From the IMG/VR virus record IMGVR_UViG_3300035661_000043, positions 15,756 through 79,755 of that record: a stretch of DNA of 64,000 nucleotides. The stretch is one strand, 5' to 3'. The DNA is from a virus. The translations under genes and the position numbers were made by a program. Below the pieces are notes generated by a model, which saw only the letters and a list, made by a program, of their open reading frames with translations, had not been told where the DNA came from and ran no database searches. Within the stretch, counting starts at the first letter, position 1. Every line of letters starts with the position of its first letter. Below are positions 24,289 to 35,099 of this stretch, piece by piece.

Positions 24289-25242
24289 ATGCAATTAGAG
24301 TTCACAACTGATTTTCAGATTGAAGATTTAGGTGAGATCGAAGAAGATGTTTATGATATTGAAACAGAAGATAATCATAATTTTTTCGGCAACGGTGTTT
24401 TAGTACACAACAGTTGTTACATCAATGTCGCCCCAGTTGTACAGAAATATCTATCAGATATTCCCGATAAGTCTGAGATTATTAAACGATTAGAAAAATT
24501 GGCAGTTGATATTATTCAAAAGAATGTCAATGATATTGTGAATGATGTCTGTAAGCAAATGAATGTCTACGAGAACAAACTATCATTTAAATTAGAGGTA
24601 TGTGCAGATAAGGCAATCTGGTTAGCAAAGAAAAAATATGTAGTACGTGCATATTCTTCTGAGGGTGTTACATACTCAAAACCAAAATATAAAACGATTG
24701 GTTTGGAACTCGTCCGTTCGTCTACTCCAATGTTTATCCGTAAGAAGTTGAAGGATGTTCTCCCATTGGTGTTTGACACAGATCAAAGCACAATTCAGAA
24801 ATTTTTATTAGAAACTCGTAAAGAGTTTGATCAATTGTCGGTGCAAGAAATTGCATTTCCAAGATCTGCTAACAATTTAGAGGAATATTCCGATAGTCAA
24901 AATATCTACAAAAAGGGTGCTGGTGTGTCTACACCAATACATGCCCGCGCAAGTTTGTTGTATAATGATCTAATACGGAAGAAAAATCTTCAAGGGCAGT
25001 TTCCAATTATTGTTTCTGGTGCGAAGATCAAATTTGTGTATCTAAAACTACCAAATACTCTAAGAGAGAATGTCATTGCTTTCCCTGCTGATGAGACTCT
25101 TCCTATTGAATTTGACCTACACCAGAAGGTTGACAGAGATATTCAATGGGACAAAACGATGATTGCTTCTACACAGATCATTCTAGATTCAATTGGTTGG
25201 TCAGCTATCGAACAGTCAAGTTTAGATGACTTTTTTGGTTAA
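24289..25242 (+). CDS. 43: Split-intein C half (41 aa, 24289-24411) fused to gp43 part C
   Basis: VYDIETEDNHNFFGNGVLVHN|SCY, then AKKKY, GLELVRSSTP and C-terminal clamp-binding SLDDFFG. Confidence 0.92.
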   Translation: MQLEFTTDFQIEDLGEIEEDVYDIETEDNHNFFGNGVLVHNSCYINVAPVVQKYLSDIPDKSEIIKRLEKLAVDIIQKNVNDIVNDVCKQMNVYENKLSFKLEVCADKAIWLAKKKYVVRAYSSEGVTYSKPKYKTIGLELVRSSTPMFIRKKLKDVLPLVFDTDQSTIQKFLLETRKEFDQLSVQEIAFPRSANNLEEYSDSQNIYKKGAGVSTPIHARASLLYNDLIRKKNLQGQFPIIVSGAKIKFVYLKLPNTLRENVIAFPADETLPIEFDLHQKVDRDIQWDKTMIASTQIILDSIGWSAIEQSSLDDFFG

Positions 25243-25360
25243 TAGTGAAAGATACAAAAGTTTAAACGGAAAAGAAACTTGGTATTTTTTGATCCATCTT
25301 TCATTAAGAGGAAACTCAGAAATTCGCTGAGTGGTTTCATATTCAAGGAGATATTTTAAA

Positions 25361-26434
25361 ATGAGTAAATTATTGCAAAAAATGTTGAAAGCAGGTTCTG
25401 CAGGGGCTACAATTCTGTCAGAAGCTGATATGTTCAAAGAACAAGATCTCGTTCAGACATCGCTTCCTATTATTAACATTGCATATTCTGGTAAAGTAGA
25501 TGGTGGGTTCGGCTCCGGTCTAACAATTCTGGCAGGTGAATCAAAGACATTTAAAACTGCTCTGGCACTATATTGTCTGAAGGCGTATTTGGACAAATAC
25601 AAAGACGGTATTGGTGTTCTATATGATTCTGAGGGTGGTTGTAACCCACAATATATTAAGTCATTTGGTATTGATCCAGCCAGAGTTGTTCACGTTCCAG
25701 TTGAACATGTTGAACAACTGAAGTTTGACTTTGTTAAGAAACTAGAAGAAATCGAAAAGGGTGATAAAGTATTTTTCTTGGTTGATTCAATTGGTCAAAT
25801 TGCATCAAAGAAAGAAACTGATGATGCGAGTGATGAGAAATCAGTGGCTGATATGTCACGTGCCAAAGCTATTCGGTCTCTCCTCCGTCTTGTGACAGTG
25901 CAATTGAATAAAAAGTTGCTACCATGTTTCATGATCAATCACGTCTATCAAGAAATTGGTATGTTCCCAAAGACTATCATTCCTGGTGGAACAGCTGTCA
26001 CATATTCCGCGAACACTATCTTTGTTATTGGAAAATCACAAGACAAATCTTCAGATGGTGAATTGAATGGTTGGCACTTCACATTGAATATTCATAAATC
26101 TCGATTTGTCCGTGAAAAGGCTAAATTCCCATTCACTGTGAATTATGAAACAGGTATTAAGCCATATTCCGGTCTTTTGGACATGGCAATTGAATTGGGT
26201 GCAATTGTATCTCCTTCGTCCGGATGGTACTCTGTAGTTGATCTGGTGACTGGAGAAATTTCATCTAAAAAATATAGAAAAAAGGACTGTGATTCGGAAG
26301 AATTCTGGAGTCCTATCTTAGAATCAAAGGAATTTAAGCAAAAAGTGATTAATCGTTATATGCTATCTTCTCCTAGTATGACAGATGAAGATATTGACAC
26401 CGCAATGAGCGAGATTGGAGATGACAATGAGTGA
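25361..26434 (+). CDS. uvsX: RecA-like recombinase UvsX
   Basis: AGESKTFKT, YDSEGG, DSIG, ADMSRAK, KSRFVREK. Confidence 0.95.
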   Translation: MSKLLQKMLKAGSAGATILSEADMFKEQDLVQTSLPIINIAYSGKVDGGFGSGLTILAGESKTFKTALALYCLKAYLDKYKDGIGVLYDSEGGCNPQYIKSFGIDPARVVHVPVEHVEQLKFDFVKKLEEIEKGDKVFFLVDSIGQIASKKETDDASDEKSVADMSRAKAIRSLLRLVTVQLNKKLLPCFMINHVYQEIGMFPKTIIPGGTAVTYSANTIFVIGKSQDKSSDGELNGWHFTLNIHKSRFVREKAKFPFTVNYETGIKPYSGLLDMAIELGAIVSPSSGWYSVVDLVTGEISSKKYRKKDCDSEEFWSPILESKEFKQKVINRYMLSSPSMTDEDIDTAMSEIGDDNE

Positions 26435-26699
26435 ATTTGATTATGTGCCTTCAGATGTTCACAAAGACAAAATTGTGATTAAAATAAACTCTGGTCCATT
26501 TGCCGGCATTAGTTATGTTCTTGGGGAAGTAAATTTTCCCGATGAAGATGAACCAATTCTACAATTCCAATACGATATCATAGAAGGCGAACCTTATGAT
26601 GTGCAGGCATTTGAAAAGTTTGTTGGTGATGCTCTTGTTGAAATGTTGACAAAATCCTTAGAGGAACATACCACTGTATTCAAGGGCGGAACTGAATAA
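26427..26699 (+). CDS. Small conserved protein at the gp40 position
   Basis: Lies between uvsX and gp41; GPFAGI..LQFQYDI. Confidence 0.55.
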   Translation: MSEFDYVPSDVHKDKIVIKINSGPFAGISYVLGEVNFPDEDEPILQFQYDIIEGEPYDVQAFEKFVGDALVEMLTKSLEEHTTVFKGGTE

Positions 26700-26747
26700 A
26701 GGAAGAACGACATCCTCAATTTAGATATTTGAATTGAGGATGTTTCC

Positions 26748-26977
26748 CTCCTTTCTTCCATACCATTCGATGTATCTTCTTTCTAGTGCAAAAGCACCTA
26801 TTTCTGACAGATTTCTTTCTAGTATGACTATATTACTTTTATGATGGAATATGTAGACTTCCATGTTTTGCATATGCTCTTTTGCCGCTGCCTATGTAGT
26901 ATGGTGTGCCGGCTTTAGCGGTATCACTATCTTTTGATCTCAGATAGGCATAAACGTAATATATTTTTGTTGCTCAT
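26748..26977 (-). pseudogene. Frameshifted GIY-YIG homing endonuclease remnant
   Basis: YYVYAYLR..GTPYYIG and ILERNLSEIGAFALERRYIEWYGRK in shifted frames. Confidence 0.7.
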
Positions 26978-27059
26978 ATAAGCCTTTAGTTGGTTGAGTA
27001 AAGTCATCGGGAACGCCAATTCCGCGGGTGACACCTATTCATAATTGTGGAGTTTAGTA

Positions 27060-28502
27060 ATGCAAATTGAGTCAGTGATTATATCGAGTCTTTTGATTAG
27101 TGAGGACTACGCCAGAAAGGTAGTTCCTCACCTTGAAAAAGAATATTTCGCAGAAAGAGTTGATGCTCTCATTTACGATGAAATCAATACTTTCTTCTTG
27201 AAATTCAATGTGCTTCCTACAAAGGATGTACTGCGTGTGCAAATTACAGACAAGTCAGGTATTTCTAATTCTGATGCCGAAGACGCTCTTGCTAGGATAC
27301 AAGGTCTTTCAACCGAGCCGAAAAATCTAGATTGGCTAATAGAAAAGACTGAAGCATTCTGCAGAGATCGTGCTCTGTACAATGCTATCATGAAATCTAT
27401 CACCATCATCGACGGCAAAGATCAGAAACACTAGCGGGAAGCAATCCCTAGTATTCTTCAAGAAGCATTGGGGATTTCTTTTAACACTGCGGTTGGTCAC
27501 TAGTATCTTGATGATGCAGAAAAACGGTTTGATTTTTATACTCGTGTTGAATCTAAGATCGTCATGGATATTGAGATGTTCAATAAGATCACAAATGGCG
27601 GACTGAGCAGAAAAACTCTAAACATCTTATTAGCTCAATCTGGTGGTGGTAAATCATTGGTGATGTCGCACATGGCCGCAGGATGTTTACGAGATGGATT
27701 AAATGTACTCTATATCTCTATGGAGATGTCCGAAGAAAAGATCGCAGAACGTATCGATGCCAACTTACTTGATGTTGAAGTTGACAAGATCAAAGATATT
27801 GGTAAGGATATCTTCTGCACAAAAATTTCTAATCTTGCAGCTAAGACTCACGGAAGATTGTTTATCAAGGAGTATCCATCCGGTGCAGCACACACAGGTC
27901 ATTTCCGCGGTCTGTTAGAAGAACTGAAAACTAAGCAAGATTTTACCCCTGACATTATCTTCATTGATTACCTTGGCATCTGTGCTTCATCTAGGGTGAA
28001 GATGGGAGGGTCAGTTAACTCTTATGCTTACCTGAAATAGATAGCAGAAGAACTTCGTGCATTTGCCACAGAGAATGATGTGCCTGTCGTGACTGCAGGT
28101 CAAGTGAATCGTGGTGGGTACAACACCACAGATTTAGACATGACTGACACATCAGAAAGTTTAGGTATTGCTATGACCGCAGATGTGATGCTAGGTATTG
28201 TTCGAACTGAAGAACTCGATGATATGAATCAGTTGATGATGGTACAACTGAAAAATAGATATTAGGATCCCACTATCAATAAAAGATTTACTGTCGGTCT
28301 AAATCGCGCTAAGATGAAGTTATATGATCTGGAAGGGATGGCAAATTCCGGTTTCACACCAGATGCAAAAAATAAAACATATGCACCAAAAATTGCATAG
28401 AACACCAGAGAAGACACACCGGTATCAGAAGATGTTATAGAATAGTTACCGGTTGCAGGTATTAAATCTAAAACAGTCAACACACAAGGATTCGCGTTTT
28501 GA
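27060..28502 (+). CDS. 41: Replicative helicase gp41 (6 TAG)
   Basis: FCRDRALYNA, AQSGGGKS, SMEMSEEKIAERID, IDYLGIC, K*IAEELR, KNRY*DP. Confidence 0.95.
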
Positions 28503-30112
28503 ACTATGAAAAATATATTGATGATCACTTCCCATTTGAGAAGTTCAATCCAGGTCAGAAGGAAGCAATTGATTTCGCCGTAACAAATCTAGTTGCAGGA
28601 AAAAAGCATATTCTTATGGAACTGCCGACAGGTATAGGCAAGAGTGCTATTGCTACAACAGTACATAGAGTCATGCGTCAGATCAAAAAGGGTAAAGAGA
28701 ATTGGAAAACTGCAATTATTACTGCTACTAAAGGTCTACAAGAGCAGTATCTTCATGATGATAAGGAGATTTTCTCGTTAAAAGGTCGTCAGAACTACCC
28801 CTGTTCAAAGAATGCAGGACATTATGGCTCTGCAAAATGTAAACAAACTTGTAATGCGGGTGGCTGTGTTCCTGCTTCATCTTGTGATTACTTCAAGACC
28901 CGCGAGGTGTGGAGACTACACGCAGATCTTCGTTTGACTAACACATCTTTCCAAATTAAGGCACCAACAGTATTGATTGGTGATGACAAATCTCGTGCAT
29001 CACTCACTGTTATCGATGAATGTCATGAGATTGATGAGCAGTTGGTGAAACATGCTGCTTTGACTATAGATGTTGTCGATCTTACTTCTATCGAAAAGGT
29101 GGCCGGCAAGAACTTCACCGGTAGATTTGCTGCTTTCATCAATGACTTCTCCGAGTATGATGAGGGTTTCTATTTTGTCCCTGACGCGGATATCCAGAAA
29201 TCTGCCAAGGAACTCATTGATGCTATCGATACTAAGGCAGGTGAACTTGAGCAGAAAGCCAAGGAGTCTTCTCATGGGCATGGGTCTATTGCAGCGGTGA
29301 TAGATGATCTGAGAGGTTGGGCAACAGCTCTGCATTCTTTTGCATTTTCTGGTGGTGAGTGGATTATTGAAGAATATGCATATGCTCAGAAACTGGTCTT
29401 AACACCAGTATATACGCATCAGGTTGTGAACAAAGGTCTGTATGACAAATGTGATCAGTTTATTCATATGTCGGCTACGATCTGCGGATTTGATGAGTAT
29501 ATGAAAACGATGGGGATAGATAAGAAGGATGTCGCTGTGATCGATGCGGCAAATCCCATTCCAGTCGAACAAAGACCTGTGTATGCGATGAATGCTATCA
29601 AAGTGTCAGGATAGTTCGATAAAGAGAAATTGGCGACATTTGTTGACAAGATTATTGATCGACATGGGACTGATAATGGTGTTATTCATACCGTGTCTTT
29701 CCAACTTGCTAAAGACATCCGTGATAACTCTAAACACAAGAAACGTATGGTGATCAGTAACGACAGGGATGAAATTATCTCTCTTTTGAAAAAGAAGAAT
29801 ATGATTTTATTGAGTCCCAGTGTTGAGTCGGGATATGACTTCAAGGGAGATCTTGCTAGATGGCAAATTCTACCAAAGGTACCTTACGAGTATCTTGGTA
29901 ACCCAAGAATAAAATTGTTAATGAACAGGTAGAATAAATGGTACGCCAGACAAGCTATTCTTAGAATTGTTCAATCATCTGGTAGAGCTGTCAGAGGTAT
30001 GGATGATTATGCCACAACATACATCATCGATAGTAACTTTAGCACGTTGTGGCATGGAAATCAGGAATTATTCCCGAGTTGGTTCAAAGAAGCTGTCACT
30101 GTTGTAAAATAA
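28499..30112 (+). CDS. DinG/XPD-family helicase (TAG at 29612, 29930)
   Basis: PTGIGKS, KGRQNYPC with Cys cluster, DECH, MSAT, QSSGRAVR. Confidence 0.88.
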
Positions 30113-30253
30113 TTTGTGCTTAAGCGTGCTTTTATTCTAGTATGTGTTATAATGCAACTATGATCAAACAAACACTCATCGAAATCATCCAGGCATCAGT
30201 AATAGGTGCCATGTTCTTTGGTCCCCTCTTTTACTATTATGTCTGGTAATATC

Positions 30254-30550
30254 ATGAAAAAACTTGCAATTGCTCTTACCTTTGCTGTCGGTGTAACCTC
30301 TGCCCAAGCTTGGGGTGATCGCGAGCAGGGTGCCCTTCTAGGATTAGTCATTGGAGGTGCTATCGCTGCACAAAAAACAGAACCTCAACGATATCCATAC
30401 GATGTGTATCCACAGCAGCAAATTATCGTTCAACCACAACAACAGTTGGTATGTGGTTACAATACATATTGCGGTCCTACTTATTGCTATCAAGAACCAA
30501 TCTGGGGTCAGTATGGGCAAGTCATAGCATATCGAAATGTGTGTCGATAA
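30254..30550 (+). CDS. Secreted glycine-zipper-like protein
   Basis: Signal peptide MKKLAIAL..AQA, GALLGLVIGG. Confidence 0.65.
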   Translation: MKKLAIALTFAVGVTSAQAWGDREQGALLGLVIGGAIAAQKTEPQRYPYDVYPQQQIIVQPQQQLVCGYNTYCGPTYCYQEPIWGQYGQVIAYRNVCR

Positions 30551-30584
30551 TCCAGTAAAATTAACAACTATAGAATGAGTTTCT

Positions 30585-30698
30585 ATGTCAATTAGAAACG
30601 GCATTTTAATCGGAAGGTTCCAACCCTTTCGTGGTGGGCGGTTAAGTGCAAAGACACAACTACACACGAAAAACTTTTCACATAAATTAATGAGGTAA
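30585..30698 (+). pseudogene. Truncated NadM-like adenylyltransferase N-terminus
   Basis: GILIGRFQPF followed by unrelated sequence and TAA. Confidence 0.5.
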
Positions 30699-30815
30699 TG
30701 AAATGATGTCATTCTGGTCAGCATGTTTAGGTGCTATAATCGGCACATTGGTAGCACTGGGTATAGTATCTCTTTGGCTATGGTATGAATTCTTTTCAGA
30801 TGATGATGAAGAAGA

Positions 30816-31355
30816 ATGAGAATCACAGGAAAAATTAGAATCATTGAGACTGGAATTGATACCAAACCTTTTCTAGAAGAACTGGAGCAAAACAAGCATC
30901 TTTGGTAGATGGTGAAAAAGATGCAAGACATTGGTGGAGATAAAGACCCGTATGGATTCTTGCCACTTTGCATGGGAGTAGAAGATAAGCCAGGGAACAT
31001 CAAGAATTCGGACATTCATAGTAAGACTCCAGCGTATTGGCAATTCCCCATGATAAGAAAGTTTCTTAATGAACGAAATGCATCAGAACATTCTCGTGCC
31101 GCTTTCTTTAAACTAGCCCCAGGTGGTTGTGTTGGTAAACACATCGATGATGGTGACTATTATCTAAACAAAGATCGCTATCACTTTTCACTGTCTGGTG
31201 TCTATAATTACTGGTGTGATGGGGATTGGCTAGAAGTTCATCCAGGTACTTTCTTCTGGTTCGATAACAAAAGAGAACATTGGGCAGATAATATTGGGGG
31301 TGTTGACAGAGTTACATTCGTCTTTGACTTGAAACATTCCTCTACAAACCCATGA
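30816..31355 (+). CDS. Asp/Asn beta-hydroxylase-like 2OG-Fe(II) oxygenase (TAG at 30906)
   Basis: HID..Y, RYH, WFDNKREH, RVTFVFD. Confidence 0.85.
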
Positions 31356-31760
31356 TGAAGTTTTGAACAAGTTTTGATCAAATCCCCTCTTTAGGGGATT
31401 TTTAGTTTCTGCTGTTTTCCGTAAAAAACCATGAGGGGTCCCTCATCCACTGAAAAACGATGAAAAAAGTGTATATAGATCAATCACTTAGCTGCGATAA
31501 AACGCAGAAAATATCGTTTCTAAAGCAATCTCATAGATTTTATGATTAAGGAAATTTATCAGGACTAGAACATGATAAACAAAATTGTATCGTAGAACAG
31601 TGTGAAACTGCTAAGAGGGGTTTACAGGGGACTCCCTTCCTAATAGAATGGACATATTAAAAGGATAATTCAGAAGTACTCTGTCGTTCGTTGGTAATGG
31701 AGCTACATGATGGTACACATACCAAGAAGATGCAGTCACAAATTTGTTGACCAATGTAGA

Positions 31761-31786
31761 GCTTTTAATCAAAGCCGTGTTATAAT
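31761..31786 (+). promoter_or_regulatory. Representative of a phage promoter family RCTTTTA-N13-TATAAT
   Basis: Same spacing at 30128, 31761, 32023, 32598, 32805, 32986, 33177, 39848, 42410, 43627, 49400, 51689, 57133, 63312. Confidence 0.8.
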
Positions 31787-31826
31787 GAACACATGGAAAC
31801 AAACAAGGTAAACTAAGGTAACAATC

Positions 31827-32018
31827 ATGACTAAACTTTCAACTGTGATTTTCTCTATGTCTTCCTCTAACATCCGAAATGCTAACAAGATCTTTGATGG
31901 TTCTATTGAAAAGACCAAAGAACAGAAGAAGTTGACTTCTATTGCAAATCGAGTGTCTAAAGCCAAGCGCGAGTCTATGAAGCCTGGTCCTTGTGTTGTG
32001 ATCACTTCTCAGAAATAA
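31827..32018 (+). CDS. Hypothetical protein
   Basis: Follows promoter and RBS. Confidence 0.55.
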   Translation: MTKLSTVIFSMSSSNIRNANKIFDGSIEKTKEQKKLTSIANRVSKAKRESMKPGPCVVITSQK

Positions 32019-32397
32019 AGTAGCTTTTATTCGGATGTGTGTTATAATGAACACATGAAAACAAAACAACAAATTGCCCTTGTTCTTTATCATCTCGACC
32101 CAATGGGTACTTGCTGTAAAGAGAACGAACTCTTCGATGAGTATGAAAAAGAAGCAGATATGATTGCTTCTGGTTGTTCGTTGAAAGCTGTATTCTTTTC
32201 TTGCTTTTGGAAAGGTTGTTTAAATAATAGACAACTGAAAGAAATCAAGGAAAAGATCGATGCTATAGTTTAAGCAGTTGCTGAATGAGAATGAAGCTCA
32301 AGCAGGGGCTCCTATGATCATTACTGAGACTGTGACTATTTTGGAAATAGTTGTAAAATAGTTTCCTAAAAGTTGCACATTGAGTATAAATAAGTAT

Positions 32398-32520
32398 ATG
32401 AACAAAATTTTCAATCACTTCCATAGAGCTCCCTCAAGTCTAGACACAAAATAGACATGGTGCTGTGCATACACAACTGGCTATAATGCACCGATGATTG
32501 AGGGAAGAGGATACACCTAA
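32398..32520 (+). CDS. Putative leader peptide (40 aa, 1 TAG) after late promoter TATAAATA at 32385
   Basis: ATG 5 nt after the promoter; terminator hairpin at about 32553-32585. Confidence 0.35.
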
Positions 32521-32801
32521 GCATAACAAGAACGATACTTTATATCTTGTTAGGGTCTTAGGGAAACTTAAGATCCTTTTTGTTTATGATCTGCGATACT
32601 TTTAATCAAAGTTGTGTTATAATAAACACATGAAAACAAAACTTCAAACTGTTGTGTTAGGTGGGAGAGCTTATGTGGGTGGATTCATAAATCAAAACAA
32701 CTGGGTTGTGGATCTGAAGGGAAGAAATGTAGCTGAGTGCTATAGCAAAGAGGTTGCAAGAGCTCTTGCAAAAGAACTCAACAAAATGTTTGAATACGGT
32801 A

Positions 32802-33210
32802 ACAGCTTTTAATCAAAGTTGTGTTATAATAAAAGAAAAACAAGTGATCGGACTTGTTTGGATGGATCTTTTAAAATTTGTTGTCATAACGCTTTAGTGG
32901 TTATATTCTGACACAGTGTTACACAGTACAGTCTATGAGTTTTTTAGGATGTTGACAACAAATTTTAAAAGTTTCATTTAGTACAGCTTTTAATCAAAGT
33001 TGTGTTATAATAAACACATGGAAACAAACAAGGTGATAGGGCTTTGTTTGATGGATCTTTTAAAATTTGTTCTAGTTACGTGCACAATGGGTAGACATGT
33101 TGGTAGCTAAACATCAGTGGTGTTTAGAAATACGATTTGGTAACTAGAACAAATTTTAAAAGTTTCATTTAGTACAGCTTTTAATCAAAGTTGTGTTATA
33201 ATAAACACAT
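32802..33210 (+). repeat. Tandem promoter plus long-hairpin cassettes
   Basis: Constant flanks; inverted repeats 32868-32886/32953-32971 and 33057-33079/33140-33162. Confidence 0.8.
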
Positions 33211-33459
33211 GATCCGATGATAGTGTTGGATCACAAAGGTTCATTAAAAATTAAGAACACTTTAAAAGTATAATTCCTAGTGTTAGAGTGTGGAGATAAT
33301 CTACCCTAGCACTAGGAGCTATATTGAAGATATTTTTCCTGGGATTTTAGCAGACCGATGGTTAGCTATCTCTCGGTTTAAGATATCTTCAATATGGGGG
33401 AATGGGACTGCATGGGTGATGTTGAAAGACTCAGATCGGATCATTATAGATATTCTCCA

Positions 33460-33679
33460 CACAATTTTGTTGCATCGGACCAAGATCCGGCATGTGACTC
33501 CAGAGCAAATGAAACCGAAAGGTTTCCAACGGTTGTAAGTGACGATGGGAGGTGATCGGAACTTTCACAATTTTGTTGCATCGGACCAAGATCCGGCATG
33601 TGACTCCAGAGCAAATGAAACCGAAAGGTTTCCAACGGTTGTAAGTGACGATGGGAGGTGATCGGAACTTTCACAATTT
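33460..33679 (+). repeat. Exact 106-bp tandem duplication of a structured element
   Basis: Copies start at 33460 and 33566; contains GAAACC-GAAA-GGTTTC hairpin. Confidence 0.9.
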
Positions 33680-33777
33680 AATAGCTGCAGATACCTAGCA
33701 TCTCCCAAGTATGCAGGTGACAATTTAATGCAATGCTGCAACTGTCAGGAAAGAATCCATATACTGACAATAATTTT

Positions 33778-33853
33778 CTCTCGTTGGCGTAATCTGGTAG
33801 CGTTCCTGGTCTGGATCCAGGGGGTCTGAGTTCAAATCTTAGGCGGGAGACCA
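33778..33853 (+). tRNA. tRNA-Pro(TGG), atypical C33
   Basis: CCTGG-TCTGGAT-CCAGG arm, TTCAAAT loop, ACCA end. Confidence 0.7.
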
Positions 33854-33893
33854 CAGTTCATTAACATTATGTTCTTGACTAAGTTTTTAGTAT

Positions 33894-33971
33894 CCGTGAT
33901 TCGCCTAGTCTGGAATGGCACTCCATCTGGGGTGGAGAATAACGCAGGTTCGAATCCTGCATCACGGACCA
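33894..33971 (+). tRNA. tRNA-Pro(TGG)
   Basis: CCGTGAT/ATCACGG acceptor, GGTTCGAATCC, CCA. Confidence 0.8.
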
Positions 33972-33994
33972 GTTTTTAGAAGAAAGTAGTAAGT

Positions 33995-34082
33995 GGAGGT
34001 GCTGAGCATAAGTGAGCTCAACTGACTGTAAATCAGCCGCATCATCAATAAGCCTGTGTAGGAGCGTTACCTGCCGCCTCCA
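33995..34082 (+). tRNA. tRNA-Tyr(GTA)
   Basis: CTGA-CTGTAAA-TCAG, long variable arm, extended flanking stem. Confidence 0.7.
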
Positions 34083-34201
34083 CTTACTACTTTCATATTC
34101 CCATAATTTGTTAACTTAAAAGGAAGAACATCACGAAACGTGGTAAATGTAAGTGACACTCAGATGTCTGGGTTGTCACGTTAATTCAAAATATGTGTCA
34201 C

Positions 34202-34276
34202 CCCTCTAAAGTGTTACGGCTGCACAGCGGACTCTTACTCCGACAAGTCTGGATTCGAGTTCCAGTGGAGGGACCA
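34202..34276 (+). tRNA. tRNA-Lys(CTT)
   Basis: CGGA-CTCTTAC-TCCG, T arm, ACCA. Confidence 0.65.
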
Positions 34277-34280
34277 ATAT

Positions 34281-34356
34281 GGGACTATAGTTTAATGGTT
34301 AAAACATCACCCCTTTAAGGTGTAAGCTCTCGGTTCGAATCCGAGTAGTCCTACCA
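34281..34356 (+). tRNA. tRNA-Lys(TTT)
   Basis: GGGACTA/TAGTCCT, CACC-CCTTTAA-GGTG, ACCA. Confidence 0.8.
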
Positions 34357-34485
34357 TTCATATAGTAAGACCATCGACGGGTGCCATACTGCAGATTACA
34401 GCAGTCAACATTCGGTGCTCCTGCCAGGGTGCGAAAAGCTGGGTTGGCAGACTCGGCAAATTATTGATGGTCTTACTATATGAAT
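34356..34485 (+). ncRNA. Unknown structured RNA closed by a 20-bp terminal stem
   Basis: ATTCATATAGTAAGACCATC / GATGGTCTTACTATATGAAT with GC-rich interior hairpins. Confidence 0.5.
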
Positions 34486-34646
34486 GAATTTTGCCCGGTT
34501 AGCTCAAATGTAGAGCAATCGACCAGATCCAAAGAATAATTATAAAGCATTGCAAGATAAAGAAAAGATAAAATCTGTAATCAAACAAAATGAAGTTAAT
34601 TTGAAGATCGTATTGAATCATCAATTGACTTTATTACATATAAGAA

Positions 34647-34720
34647 GCCTCTGTAGTTAAATGGTATAACGGGCGCTTGATAAGCGCTTATTGTATGTTC
34701 AATTCATACCAGAGGTACCA
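34647..34720 (+). tRNA. tRNA-Ile(GAT)
   Basis: GCGC-TTGATAA-GCGC, ACCA. Confidence 0.8.
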
Positions 34721-34728
34721 AGAATAAT

Positions 34729-34800
34729 GGGGTTACCGTATGGGACGGACTCGGGGTTTGCAACCTTGATGATGCGGATCGTTACCGCATAACTCCACCA
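34729..34800 (+). tRNA. tRNA-Ala(TGC)
   Basis: G3-U70 in GGGGTTA/TAACTCC, loop TTTGCAA, ACCA. Confidence 0.7.
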
Positions 34801-34912
34801 CAGGATAATAGAAATCCTAGGTATCTATAAGGGCTTGCCCTAGATCATGAACACGGGATCCTTTCCACGAGGGTTTAGTGTAATGTCTCCGGCACAATCC
34901 ACCAATTTTAAT

Positions 34913-34987
34913 GCTGAAGTAGTTTAACTGGAAAAATCGCCCTTTGGTATGGGGCAGTCATGGGGTCAGTTCCCATCTTCAGCTCCA
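34913..34987 (+). tRNA. tRNA-Thr(GGT)
   Basis: GCTGAAG/CTTCAGC, loop TTGGTAT, TCCA. Confidence 0.7.
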
Positions 34988-35099
34988 ATCCGCCTCCACT
35001 TACTACTTTCATATTCCGTTCACTCCCGGATATGGTAAAGGTCTCTGGCTGTTAACCAGAAGGGAGTGTGGGTATCATTGTATCCTAGACAGTATTTTT

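Noticed and set aside
24227-24289. TGA readthrough joining gp43 parts B and C
   Set aside because: The parts are in different frames, and TGA ends many genes normally
18-30908. Fragmented core genes as pseudogenes or sequencing errors
   Set aside because: Breaks in core genes are in-frame TAG only, with no frameshifts, and a cognate CUA tRNA is present
32802-33210. CRISPR array
   Set aside because: Constant parts exceed 100 nt and contain promoters, there are only two variable segments, and no cas genes are present
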